The translations under genes and the position numbers were made by a program. Below are positions 1 through 9,500 of a stretch of DNA of 40,152 nucleotides, piece by piece (the first letter of the stretch is position 1; each line of letters opens with the position of its first letter). Source of the stretch: a virus (taxonomy: Duplodnaviria; Caudoviricetes); IMG/VR virus record IMGVR_UViG_3300028633_000016, positions 1 through 40,152 of that record; one strand, given 5' to 3'. Below the pieces are notes generated by a model. The model was given only the letters and a program-made list of their open reading frames with translations. It was not told where the DNA came from and ran no database searches.

Positions 1-2
1 TA

Positions 3-83
3 ACTGATCCGGTATATGAGAGCTTGATTGATAATAATAGCTGGTCCCCAACAGCTTACCCTGCTGGGTGGAAAAAACTTTAG
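3..83 (+). CDS. 3' end of a protein ending in a CBM5/12-like carbohydrate-binding module (truncated by window edge)
   Basis: Frame 3 reads TDPVYESLIDNNSWSPTAYPAGWKKL*, matching the 'VYESLIDxNxWSPxxYPxGW' pattern common in phage tail/fiber proteins. Not in the ORF track. Confidence 0.65.
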   Translation, partial: TDPVYESLIDNNSWSPTAYPAGWKKL

Positions 84-103
84 TGTAGTCGCGAATAAAC
101 GAC

Positions 104-478
104 ATGAACGACTTAATATTACATTTTATTGCAGGGTTTATAATAAGTTTTATAATCCTGATGTTTAAGAAGCCGGAGGCCGCACGAAGACCTGACTGGC
201 TAGTTATAACTGCAATAGGAGTTGCAATAGCCGCTGGCGTGGCAAAAGAGGCCGGAGATTATTTTCTTCATTGGGGGACTGCGGAGATGGCCGACATAAC
301 TCTGACCTGGAGCGGAGGTGTAGCTGCACTTGCAGTCGTTGCCCTTTATGACTGGATCAGATATCGTAATCAATTCAGCAAGATGGATAGGGCATATTTG
401 TCAGACATTCCGATTTATCGCATAAGGATATACACAGCATCTGCAATAATCTTGGGAGTGATAACTGCAATACTATGA
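104..478 (+). CDS. Membrane protein (VanZ/YfiM-like HF...KE..D motifs)
   Basis: About 4 hydrophobic segments; LHFIAG and GVAKEAGD...D motifs. Confidence 0.55.
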   Translation: MNDLILHFIAGFIISFIILMFKKPEAARRPDWLVITAIGVAIAAGVAKEAGDYFLHWGTAEMADITLTWSGGVAALAVVALYDWIRYRNQFSKMDRAYLSDIPIYRIRIYTASAIILGVITAIL

Positions 479-497
479 ATCTATTTTTAAAAATGAC

Positions 498-938
498 ATG
501 GACCCATCAAAAGAGCAAGTCAACTCAAATGAGTGCCAGGTACTCCTAGCCGCCATTCGAGCGATACAGGATGCTAATACGGAATCACACAAGGATCTTC
601 ATGATCTTATCAAGAATAGCATCAAGGGCGTTCAGGAAAATATTGACGCCAATGCGGAGGTAACACACCTTCATCTCAAAACTCAAACAGATCATCTCGC
701 AACACTGAACGGATCTGTTGCGGACCTATATCGAAAGCATGAAGAGAGAGGAAAGGTCATTAAGGAGTTTTACGCTCATAAGAATAAGTACGAGAAGCTT
801 CAGAAGACTATGGACTGGGCAAAGAGGCGTTGGTATGTGGTTGTAGGTCTCTTTTTCATAGCAATGGGAATTGCCGAGTTCATAATGGAGGTGGTAGGCT
901 TCAAAAAACTTATAAATGCAATCTGGAATAAAATATAA
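498..938 (+). CDS. Coiled-coil protein with C-terminal transmembrane helix (possible lysis accessory)
   Basis: Helical/coiled-coil body, KRRW then hydrophobic YVVVGLFFIAMGIAEFIMEVVG; sits in lysis block. Confidence 0.55.
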   Translation: MDPSKEQVNSNECQVLLAAIRAIQDANTESHKDLHDLIKNSIKGVQENIDANAEVTHLHLKTQTDHLATLNGSVADLYRKHEERGKVIKEFYAHKNKYEKLQKTMDWAKRRWYVVVGLFFIAMGIAEFIMEVVGFKKLINAIWNKI

Positions 939-942
939 AACT

Positions 943-1698
943 ATGTGCTGGGGGAAAAAATCAATAGTCTGGCCGCACCACAATAAGGTGGCGCTTCTGT
1001 TCGGGAAGAACAATACGCACTATGGAACAAACAAGTTGAGTTTTTGCGTAAATGACATCCAGTTAGCCCGAACCAAACTTGAACCGTATGGATTTCAGTT
1101 CCGGATGTTCTCAAATGAGAAAGTGACGCGAAAGAATTTTCGGGAACAACTGACCTATGCTTTTCTTAATTCTCAGCCAGGAGATATAATCTATATCAAA
1201 TACTCTGGTCACGGATCTTATATCAAGGACCTCAACAGCGACGAGATTGATGGCTTCGATGAAACCTTATACATGGATGGTCACTTCAGCGATGATGAGA
1301 CTGCAGAACTGGTTAAGCTAATTCCCGAAGGAGTCATTGTTTTGTTCTCCCTGGATTGTTGCTATTCCGGTACCAGTACCAGAAATTTCACTACGCCACG
1401 ATTCATGCCTCCGAAGAAGGAATATGCAATTCGCAGGCATATCAAAAGGCGTAGTCATGCCGACATGAAACACATGGTATTCTCAGGTTGTTCGGAGAAC
1501 GAGGTCAGCGAGGAGGCTGAAATAAATGGCACCGGATACGGGATCTTCACATACCATGAGATGACTACTCTTCGCCCGGATCTCACATACAGGAAGTGGT
1601 TTGATCAAATCCGGATGTATCTCCCGTCGAAGACATTTAAGCAAACACCGCTATTTGAGGGAAACGAAGAATACATGGATAGAATTGTCTTTCAATAA
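943..1698 (+). CDS. Caspase-family cysteine protease (peptidase C14, metacaspase type)
   Basis: KVALLFG, L..CVND, catalytic His in YSGHG, DExDGFDE loop, catalytic Cys in LDCCYSG, SGC...E.S, GIFT and QTP motifs. ATG 943 (A-rich context, just after upstream stop) preferred over 916. Confidence 0.9.
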   Translation: MCWGKKSIVWPHHNKVALLFGKNNTHYGTNKLSFCVNDIQLARTKLEPYGFQFRMFSNEKVTRKNFREQLTYAFLNSQPGDIIYIKYSGHGSYIKDLNSDEIDGFDETLYMDGHFSDDETAELVKLIPEGVIVLFSLDCCYSGTSTRNFTTPRFMPPKKEYAIRRHIKRRSHADMKHMVFSGCSENEVSEEAEINGTGYGIFTYHEMTTLRPDLTYRKWFDQIRMYLPSKTFKQTPLFEGNEEYMDRIVFQ

Positions 1699-1712
1699 AA
1701 TTCATAAATTTG
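1684..1712 (+). promoter_or_regulatory. Putative Bacteroidota sigma-A promoter upstream of the holin-like gene
   Basis: TAAATTTG at 1705-1712 fits -7 consensus TAnnTTTG; ATTG 17 nt upstream; the -7 box is intergenic. Confidence 0.45.
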
Positions 1713-1733
1713 TAGAAACCAAAACAAAAAGCT

Positions 1734-2126
1734 ATGACAACACAGCAGTTTTTCAAAGGTCTTTTCATGGCCCTGGTCACAGTGATCGTGGCAGCGTTCA
1801 GTCAGCAGCCGATTGACTATCTTCTTTTGGCAGTCACGGCAGTCAGTACAATTCTTACCTATTCCGGCAAGAACCTTATCGCGGTCCTTCATTCCGACTC
1901 TCCGGTGGGCGCAATAAGCTGGATTAACCTGGCGTCAGGCCTCCTTATTGCCCTGGGAACGGGAATACTCCAATCCGTAGGAATGTATCTTATCGATGGT
2001 GTAATTCTTTGGTCTATTGCATGGAAAGTGGTACTATCTTCAGCGTTCACATATCTCGGAGCGACATTCTTTGCCCCGGAGCATAATGTTACCAGAGTGC
2101 GAGGATTTGTATCTCCAAGAAAATAA
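1734..2126 (+). CDS. Holin-like 4-TM protein built from two tandem 2-TM units
   Basis: Internal duplication (KGLFMAL...IDY...LTYSGKNL / SGLLIAL...ILW...FTYLGATF); basic C-tail; directly upstream of DUF5675 gene. Confidence 0.6.
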   Translation: MTTQQFFKGLFMALVTVIVAAFSQQPIDYLLLAVTAVSTILTYSGKNLIAVLHSDSPVGAISWINLASGLLIALGTGILQSVGMYLIDGVILWSIAWKVVLSSAFTYLGATFFAPEHNVTRVRGFVSPRK

Positions 2127-2131
2127 AAGCA

Positions 2132-2578
2132 ATGTTCGTCACTATCTCACGGAGTTACGGCAAGAAGCAAACGACTGGATGTCTTTCAGTCTTTGACGAG
2201 GATACGATGGTGTTCCAGTGCAAGTCACTGGAACTCCCGTACCTGGAGAACCATCAGAATATCTCATGTATTCCTCCGGGAACGTATGATTGCGAAAGGA
2301 TCACGCACCGGAAACATGGAGTCTGTTGGTTGGTCAAAGACGTACCGGGACGGTCCGGGATCCTGTTTCATGCCGGCAACTTTGCCGCAGAAAGGATTCT
2401 CTTGGAGAGAGCCATTTTGCGGAACGTGAGAAAAGTGGACACGCTTGGATGTATCATGCCTGGATTGCGATTCTTCGATCTTAATGATGATGGCAACCTG
2501 GATGTGATTGAAAGCACCAAAGCAATGGATGTTTTACGAGTTCTATTACCACAAAAATTTCAACTGATAATAAGATGA
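2132..2578 (+). CDS. DUF5675 family protein, putative endolysin (L,D-transpeptidase-like)
   Basis: SLELP..N..NISCIPPGTY, VPGRSGILFHAGN, TLGCIMPG motifs. Confidence 0.8.
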   Translation: MFVTISRSYGKKQTTGCLSVFDEDTMVFQCKSLELPYLENHQNISCIPPGTYDCERITHRKHGVCWLVKDVPGRSGILFHAGNFAAERILLERAILRNVRKVDTLGCIMPGLRFFDLNDDGNLDVIESTKAMDVLRVLLPQKFQLIIR

Positions 2579-3144
2579 AAAAGATTCTGTTATTTCTTAC
2601 CGTACTACTTGTCGCAAGTTCATGCACTTGCATGCTTGGACAGATCCCCCCTCAGTACCTCATCGTTGATCAGAACTGTCAGGCGGTTCTGCCAAACTAT
2701 GTCACACAGGTCACGGTTTCCGATAACTGCGAAGTTGCTTCTGTTGTTCAGACCCCGGCTCCCGGATACATCCTGAGCGCGGCAAATCAGTCTGTAGAAG
2801 TCAAGATTAAAGCAACAGACGTTTTCGGCAACTTTTCAGAAATCAGTTTCATGGTAACGGCCAAAGATGATAAACCTCCGGTAATAACTCCGACAGGCGA
2901 TTTGATAGCCGATAACTGGAACGTGATAAATAGTATGTACGATCAGGCCGAACAGATGCTTGCCGAGCAGGAGGCGTTCTTTGATGCGAACTTTGACTGG
3001 GAGGCGGCCGGCATACCCGTTGAGTTAAGACCGATAGACCAGTTTAATACAAAGATGCTGCTTACATGGTCATATCCGAGAGATAACGGGAGAGAGCGAT
3101 TATTTACCTACGTCAGCAAGAATGATACATTCGTAACAAAATGA
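2575..3144 (+). CDS. Lipoprotein with HYR/Ig-like domain
   Basis: MKK + hydrophobic core + VASSC lipobox; SDNC...QTPAPG...ATDVFGN...D..PPVIT HYR-like pattern; ATGA overlap with upstream gene. Confidence 0.65.
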   Translation: MKKILLFLTVLLVASSCTCMLGQIPPQYLIVDQNCQAVLPNYVTQVTVSDNCEVASVVQTPAPGYILSAANQSVEVKIKATDVFGNFSEISFMVTAKDDKPPVITPTGDLIADNWNVINSMYDQAEQMLAEQEAFFDANFDWEAAGIPVELRPIDQFNTKMLLTWSYPRDNGRERLFTYVSKNDTFVTK

Positions 3145-4247
3145 GAAAGATCCTGGTCATATTGCTCCTTCTCCCGGCAATTCTCAAGGCCCAGGTTGAC
3201 TTGTCGTATATCGGCCAGACATTTATTGACACGACCTGCACCAATGTAAATGGCATATCAGTTCCGCGCTCTCAGCTTGCCACGTTCGTATTTAAGAACA
3301 ATTATATGGAGGCCTGCAATACGGGCGGATACATGCTTCAGGCTGGAGTTGAGAACAATACCTATCCCCAGTATGTCAATACCCTGCCAAACAGCCTGAT
3401 CATAGGCAATAAATTCGTGTGGACAGGAGACCAGGATGCCAATACAATTACTCACGGAGTTTTTACCGGATATGAAGCCAATGCGAGGATAATGTACAAC
3501 TATCTTGATTATGTCCCGATGGGTATTATCCGCAAGTCCGATGGCATGACCGATAGTACGGGCGTTGTGGCCTATAACATAATCCGCAACCCGCCGGCAG
3601 TAGGAGTAGTAGTAAAAGGGATGAATGGAGTCCGGATATACAACAATACCTTCTATTCGGAGGATTCAACCTATACAAGTCCTGGCATTGGCACATGGAG
3701 GGGTTTGATTGATGTTTACAAAAACGATAATCCGGTAGCGGATGCGAAATATGTAAAGATCAAAAACAACATCTTCTACACCAAGCGAAGGATCATCAAC
3801 ATCAATGTAATGGATACCGCCTGTCTGCAGGGATTTGAGTGCGACTATAACATATACTGGTGCGAAGAGGGAGAGCCTAGATTTCAGGTAGGGGCAAGCT
3901 ACAAAACTTTGGCCGAATGGAGGGCAATGGGATATGACACTCATTCTCAAATTATGAACCCATACTTTATAAATACGGTAGATTTTGTTCCTTCATGGAG
4001 AATGGAATGGGGTACTCCAACTGAATTTGACATGGGGATAGCGGCAAACGCTGATTGGGAAACAGGCAAGGATATGCCACTTGTAAGACAGAATGGCCCA
4101 TACTGGCAGCAGGGAGCAAGAGTGTATGAAGGAGGCCTGACCATCTTTTACAATAGAGGAAGGGTTGTGTCCGGAGATACAATAAACATTCCGCTGAAGT
4201 CTGGAAAGATTTATGTTGATAGAGGAGAAGTTATCATTCAATACTAA
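3141..4247 (+). CDS. Secreted right-handed beta-helix (pectin-lyase-like) protein
   Basis: Sec signal (..LKA/Q); Asn-rich rungs IIGNKF, IMYNYL, VAYNII, IYNNTF, IKNNIF, DYNIY. Confidence 0.7.
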   Translation: MRKILVILLLLPAILKAQVDLSYIGQTFIDTTCTNVNGISVPRSQLATFVFKNNYMEACNTGGYMLQAGVENNTYPQYVNTLPNSLIIGNKFVWTGDQDANTITHGVFTGYEANARIMYNYLDYVPMGIIRKSDGMTDSTGVVAYNIIRNPPAVGVVVKGMNGVRIYNNTFYSEDSTYTSPGIGTWRGLIDVYKNDNPVADAKYVKIKNNIFYTKRRIININVMDTACLQGFECDYNIYWCEEGEPRFQVGASYKTLAEWRAMGYDTHSQIMNPYFINTVDFVPSWRMEWGTPTEFDMGIAANADWETGKDMPLVRQNGPYWQQGARVYEGGLTIFYNRGRVVSGDTINIPLKSGKIYVDRGEVIIQY

Positions 4248-4252
4248 AGGCG

Positions 4253-4954
4253 ATGACACTGTTTGAGATGTATGAACTCATTGAGCTAGTCCTTAACAAG
4301 GATTATGGAGGCAATATTGTCACACCGGCAAGGTTCAGACAACTCATCAAGGTTGTCAACATAAACAAGTTTAAGGAGAAATACGGCCTTCCTGAAGAGT
4401 ATCAACCGGGAAGGCCGGTTCCTCTTGAGTATGCCGAGATCACCCTGAAAAACCAGGATGATCTTCGGTATTTTAAGATACCGCTAATGAATACACCCTG
4501 TCCGGTTGGATTACTCCCATATCCTGCCGATTACGCGCACAGGGATCAGATCATTTACAACCATAGCGTCACCATTGATGGCGTAGTAACCATTGTTCCA
4601 CGACAGGTGGAAGTTCTTCGGGAAACAGAAGCCGCCGGCAGGAGAGGGAACTACACAAAAAGGCCAACAGTAACCAATCCGATAGCCGTAGTCCGTAGCA
4701 CTGGGATCCAGATATATCCCGTAACGATAACGGCGGTGGATTTCACATACTACCGGTGGCCGGTAGAACCAGTCTTTGAATACAATCAGTACGAAGGGTA
4801 CATAACATATAATTCGGCTTCATCAACGGAGTTTGAGTGGCCGGAGGATGTACATATTGACCTGGTAAGGATGATGCTTGAATATTTAGGTGTAAATCTC
4901 CGGGAGGCCGATATCGTGCAGTATGCGAATACAAAGATGCAGCAGGGAATATAA
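4253..4954 (+). CDS. crAss-like tail ring / tail tubular protein
   Basis: LNKD.GG..TP..F N-terminus, IQIYP, YYR.P..P, EFEWPE..H..LV..L.YLGV pattern; position before muzzle. Confidence 0.65.
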   Translation: MTLFEMYELIELVLNKDYGGNIVTPARFRQLIKVVNINKFKEKYGLPEEYQPGRPVPLEYAEITLKNQDDLRYFKIPLMNTPCPVGLLPYPADYAHRDQIIYNHSVTIDGVVTIVPRQVEVLRETEAAGRRGNYTKRPTVTNPIAVVRSTGIQIYPVTITAVDFTYYRWPVEPVFEYNQYEGYITYNSASSTEFEWPEDVHIDLVRMMLEYLGVNLREADIVQYANTKMQQGI

Positions 4955-4965
4955 AAATATGCGAT

Positions 4966-5112
4966 ATGCCAAAGAAACTAGAGAGATGTGTACGCAAGGT
5001 GCAAGCGTCAGGGAAAAGTAAGTCATCTGCCTATGCAATTTGCTCCTCTTCTACTGGCATCAAGAGGAAGAAGGGCGGCGGATGGACACAGGGTAAAAAC
5101 AAGAAGAAATGA
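4966..5112 (+). CDS. Small highly basic 48-aa protein with two Cys
   Basis: MPKKLERCVRKVQASGKSKSSAYAICSSSTGIKRKKGGGWTQGKNKKK*; fills the gap exactly and its stop overlaps the next start (ATGA at 5109-5112). Absent from the ORF track. Confidence 0.7.
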   Translation: MPKKLERCVRKVQASGKSKSSAYAICSSSTGIKRKKGGGWTQGKNKKK

Positions 5113-5780
5113 AGAAGATCCATCTTGTAGAACTTGTATCAGATCATCTAGCCAGCGATATGCCGGACGATATGATCTCCCAGTTTCATCCGGAGATCAT
5201 TAAGAGTGCGCTGAATGTCGCATATAATCAGGCAGTATATCTGACCTGGATGAATGGCAAGAAGTTCAGTGATTACAGTCAGCTTGATGCCTGGACCCGG
5301 ACATACAGGATTGCGCTTACGGAACCGGTTGTGACAGCTACTGCCGTCAGCGGTAACTTGCGTCTCCCGTATCCGCCAATGCAGCTTCCGAACAACATGG
5401 GGATCCGACAGGTCGCCTTGGCTGCAAGTGAAACAATCGCATTTGCATACATGGAGAACACGGCTCTGGCGATATTCAGTCAACTTGATGTTCACTCCAT
5501 TGATACAACACCTTATTTCAGGCTTGAGCAGAACGATAGCGGTGCCGGGATAGCCTCACACATCTTGAAAGTTGGTAAGATTCCAATAGCCTATAACGCG
5601 GCGCCATTAAATGTTGACATAAAAATGATTGTTCCTCTTGATCAGGTCGGGGATTATGATGATATTGCGATACCGGCAGGACAGGAAGACATGCTTGTAA
5701 AGCAGACAGTTGAGTTTTTGAGAACGAAGCTGCCGGAGGATGGAGTCAATGATCTGAACGCCAACAGACCAAACCAGTAA
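5109..5780 (+). CDS. Putative tail ring/structural protein
   Basis: Size, synteny, LP..P.QLP...GI..V motif and helical termini typical of crAss-like ring proteins. Confidence 0.5.
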   Translation: MKKIHLVELVSDHLASDMPDDMISQFHPEIIKSALNVAYNQAVYLTWMNGKKFSDYSQLDAWTRTYRIALTEPVVTATAVSGNLRLPYPPMQLPNNMGIRQVALAASETIAFAYMENTALAIFSQLDVHSIDTTPYFRLEQNDSGAGIASHILKVGKIPIAYNAAPLNVDIKMIVPLDQVGDYDDIAIPAGQEDMLVKQTVEFLRTKLPEDGVNDLNANRPNQ

Positions 5781-5783
5781 GAG

Positions 5784-6560
5784 ATGAGCATAGAGACACC
5801 AAAAATAGCCGGGGTAGTCAGCATAAGGCAGATAGTCATGTCCACCCTCAACAGGATAAAGGACTATACCATGCGCGACTATCTTCATCTTATGCAGATA
5901 GCCATTGAAGGGTACACGGAATTAAATCTGTGGCACATGGACAACATTGAGGTTGTATATCTTCCCTTCAATCAAAACAGCAAGATTGCAACCCTGCCGG
6001 CAGACTTTGTTGACTGGCTCAAGATAGGGATCCCGGTCAATGGGAAGCTAAAGGTGTTGACCAGACACGACAAGATCCTTCTGCCACGAACTTCAACAGA
6101 CGGACTGGAAACATTCAGCAATACTGATGCGGCAGACACAACCAATGCAGAGTCTCTGGTATATTTTTCAGACCACATTCGCTGTGGTCAGTTTGTCGGA
6201 GGTCTTTTTGGTATGCCGGGAGGCATCAGCGAGGCTTCCTACCGCTTTGATAGGGAAAGAAGGACACTAGTGTTCACTGGAACCATTACGGACAACTACA
6301 TAGTCCTGGAATATATTTCTGCCGGAGTAAATCTTACTGGATCCACAACAATACCCAGAGAGGCAGAACCGGCATTGAGAACATACATTCTATGGCAGAT
6401 GGTCGAAAATGATCCAAGGGTATCCATGTCGGAGAAACAGAGACGGGAGGATAACCACGACAAGGCCGTTGCAATGCTCAGAGACTTCCAAGACACCTTT
6501 ACCGCAGAAGAATACAGGCAAATGTTATTTGGGACCTCAAGACAAACGCCGAAGAGATAA
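5784..6560 (+). CDS. crAss-like tail ring/adaptor protein
   Basis: LPADFVDW.KIG, IVLEYIS.G, IP..AE.AL..YI motifs; TAATG coupling to muzzle gene. Confidence 0.65.
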   Translation: MSIETPKIAGVVSIRQIVMSTLNRIKDYTMRDYLHLMQIAIEGYTELNLWHMDNIEVVYLPFNQNSKIATLPADFVDWLKIGIPVNGKLKVLTRHDKILLPRTSTDGLETFSNTDAADTTNAESLVYFSDHIRCGQFVGGLFGMPGGISEASYRFDRERRTLVFTGTITDNYIVLEYISAGVNLTGSTTIPREAEPALRTYILWQMVENDPRVSMSEKQRREDNHDKAVAMLRDFQDTFTAEEYRQMLFGTSRQTPKR

Positions 6561-9500
6561 TGCAGAGCAAGGATCTCCATAGGTTCAATGTAGGGATGAA
6601 TAAGGATGATTCTCCGGCTGATCTTCAGCCTGGGGAATATACTGATGCCCTGAATATGCGAATAGCCTCAAGCGACGAGCAACAGGGCTTTGGCATTATG
6701 GAGACATTACAGGGAGAAGTTGAACTTATAATCAATGTTTCTGCAGCCTACTACGGAGGAGCCATCGGGGGCCAGTTCATATACAGCGGCTATGAAGAGG
6801 TTACGATAGGCAACCAGGTGTGGATGAAGCGCAATCTGGACATTGCTTATCCCGGAAGCCGAGTTTATAATAATGATGAGGCCCAGAGAGCCATCTACGG
6901 AGGCCTATACCATCACGAACACCTTCACGATCCATTCCTTATTCCTGCCGGGTGGAGAGTGCCTACCGAGGCCGATGTTGATGAGTTGCTGACATTCTTG
7001 GGAGGTGCAATGCTAGCCGGAGGGTTATTGAAGGAGTTTGATACACCACACTGGCAGAGTCCGAATACTGGGGCAGAAGATCTGTATGGATTCCAAATGC
7101 TTCCCGGAGGAATGTTCGATTTAGTATTCAGTCTTCTAGGATTCAAGGGGAGCTTCTGGATGCTTGATGAGGCCGCTCCGGAGCCACCGGTTGCACTGGA
7201 TCCGACGGTAATTGGGGAAACCTTCTTCCTTGGATGGTGGGATCCGTCAGTAGGGGCAGACGGCTATTACCTGACAGTATCCACAGATCCTCTGTTTGGA
7301 TCAACCGTGCCTGGATTTGACGGACTTGATGTAGGCAACGTCACTCACTACAACGTAACCGGTCTGACCGATGGCGTGACATACTACTATTATGTTGAAG
7401 CCTACAATGATATAGGAGCAAGCGCGCCATCAAACATCATTACAGTTATAACCGGCAATGAAGCCGTCATTATTGGGTCCCAAATATGGATGACCAAGAA
7501 CGTAACAGTTGCTCTTCCGGACAGCTTTGTCTATGATGATGACGAAGGGAACAGGATCCTTTATGGGGGGATGTATCCGGCCTCCCTCTTTGATGCAGTT
7601 GAAGCAGCACATCCCGGCTGGATAGTACCATCGCTGGCTGACTGGCAGGCGCTTATTGACTTCGTGGGAGACTCAACTGATGCCGGAGGTATTTTAAAGG
7701 CCATTGCCGGCGGCTGGGATCCGCCAAATACGGGTGCCATTGACACCTATGCTTTTGAGGCAAGATCTACCGGATATTATATCAGCGGCATATATGCCCT
7801 TCTTGGTCAGTATGGGTTCTACTGGACCAGGACACCGGGAACTGCCGGCACAACCTACTACATGCTCTTCAGCTACGATAATGATGATCTTACTGCATCC
7901 CTGACGGCAGACGAAACATGTATTGCCATAAGGCTCATTGCTCAATATACGGCCCTTGATGCTCCGGTAGCACTACCGGCTACAAATATTACAGAAACGT
8001 CATTTACCGCAAACTGGGAAGGAGTGACAGGGGCAACCGGATACAGGTTGACGGTCGCTACCGATGCTGCATTTACGGATATTGTTGCAGGCTTTAATAG
8101 TCTTGATGTAGGGAACGTGCTTACTTATGATGTTCCGGGACTGGATATCGGACATGAATACTTTTATCGACTCACGGCTTATAATCCTGTTTATACAAGT
8201 GCATATTCAAATGTAATAGAAGTCAATCTCCCGATATCATGGACAGTGACTTCAAGGGGTGATGGATCTGGTGTTGCGGTGATGTCCATGAGAGTAACGG
8301 AACCACTTACGCTTACATTCATTGACGGAACGGCGCGGTTCTACTCTGATGCTGCTGGCACCCTTAATGAATCCACAACAAAAGTTGTTAATGCAACCGG
8401 CACGCTTCAGCCGATTTATATAAAAGCTCCATCCGGAAGTTCAACCATGCAATTTTCAAGTGCATTGTCATTATACGGATTTGGACATGCGCTCGGCCTT
8501 GGCTCAACCAACCCGGCATGGGGACGATCTACCGGAGGATCCTATGATGCAAATACTCCAGGCCTTGATGCTTCAAACTGGTATTTCCCGAATTGTATAG
8601 ACATTGGCGTTGCTTATGCTCCAATAATTACACTATTCTCTGACCTTAGCGATCTTTCCCCAAATCTCGTACGGGCAACTCTTGTTAGTGGGTCCGCTAT
8701 TACCGGAGATGTTTCTGATATAGGCAGTTCATGTGAGTTATTCGACATTGGATCTAATGCAAATATAACTGGAGATGTTGCGGATATTCCAGACTCAATG
8801 TTATACTTCGAACTTGGATCCGGAAATACATTACACGGGGATATTGCCGACCTTCCTCCAAACATACTGGATTTTAGAGTTTACGGATCAAACACTATTA
8901 CCGGAGACATCGGCAATGCTCCAGTATCTGCAGAATACTTAAACATTCACGGTAACAATACCCTGTATGGTGACATTTCGGGAGTTGGAATAAACGTAAC
9001 TGGCCTTGACATCGGTGGATTAAATACGCTCGACGGAGATCTCGCAGACCTAAGCGTAGGGATTGCCAGAGTCTGTGTTAAAGGTCATAACACAATTTAT
9101 GGAGATATTGCGGATATCCCATCTACTGTCACATACTTTTACATCGGAGGAGACAATACCATTGAAGGAAATATCACAGATCTAAAGACCGGCCTGGGAA
9201 CCTTTATAATAGCTGGGCTAAATACTATCACTGGAGATATCGCTGACATCAAGGCCACCATCACATATTTTTTCGTTGCAGGCTACAATGCTATTGCCGG
9301 GAATATCGCAAACCTAAAGACTAGTATGCGAACATTCTCTGTGTCTGGCTTTAATACGATTACTGGAGATATCCAAAACTTTCCAACAGGTCTAACCAGC
9401 GTACATCTTGCAGGATGGAATACTCTCTATGGCAACATTGAAAGCTTGCCGGCCGCTACTATAAGTTCATTTTCAATATATGGATACAACATCATCGGTG

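Noticed and set aside
4988-5203. Listed 71-aa ORF
   Set aside because: Overlaps the 5109 gene by 95 nt; the 4966-5112 frame fits the gap with ATGA coupling.
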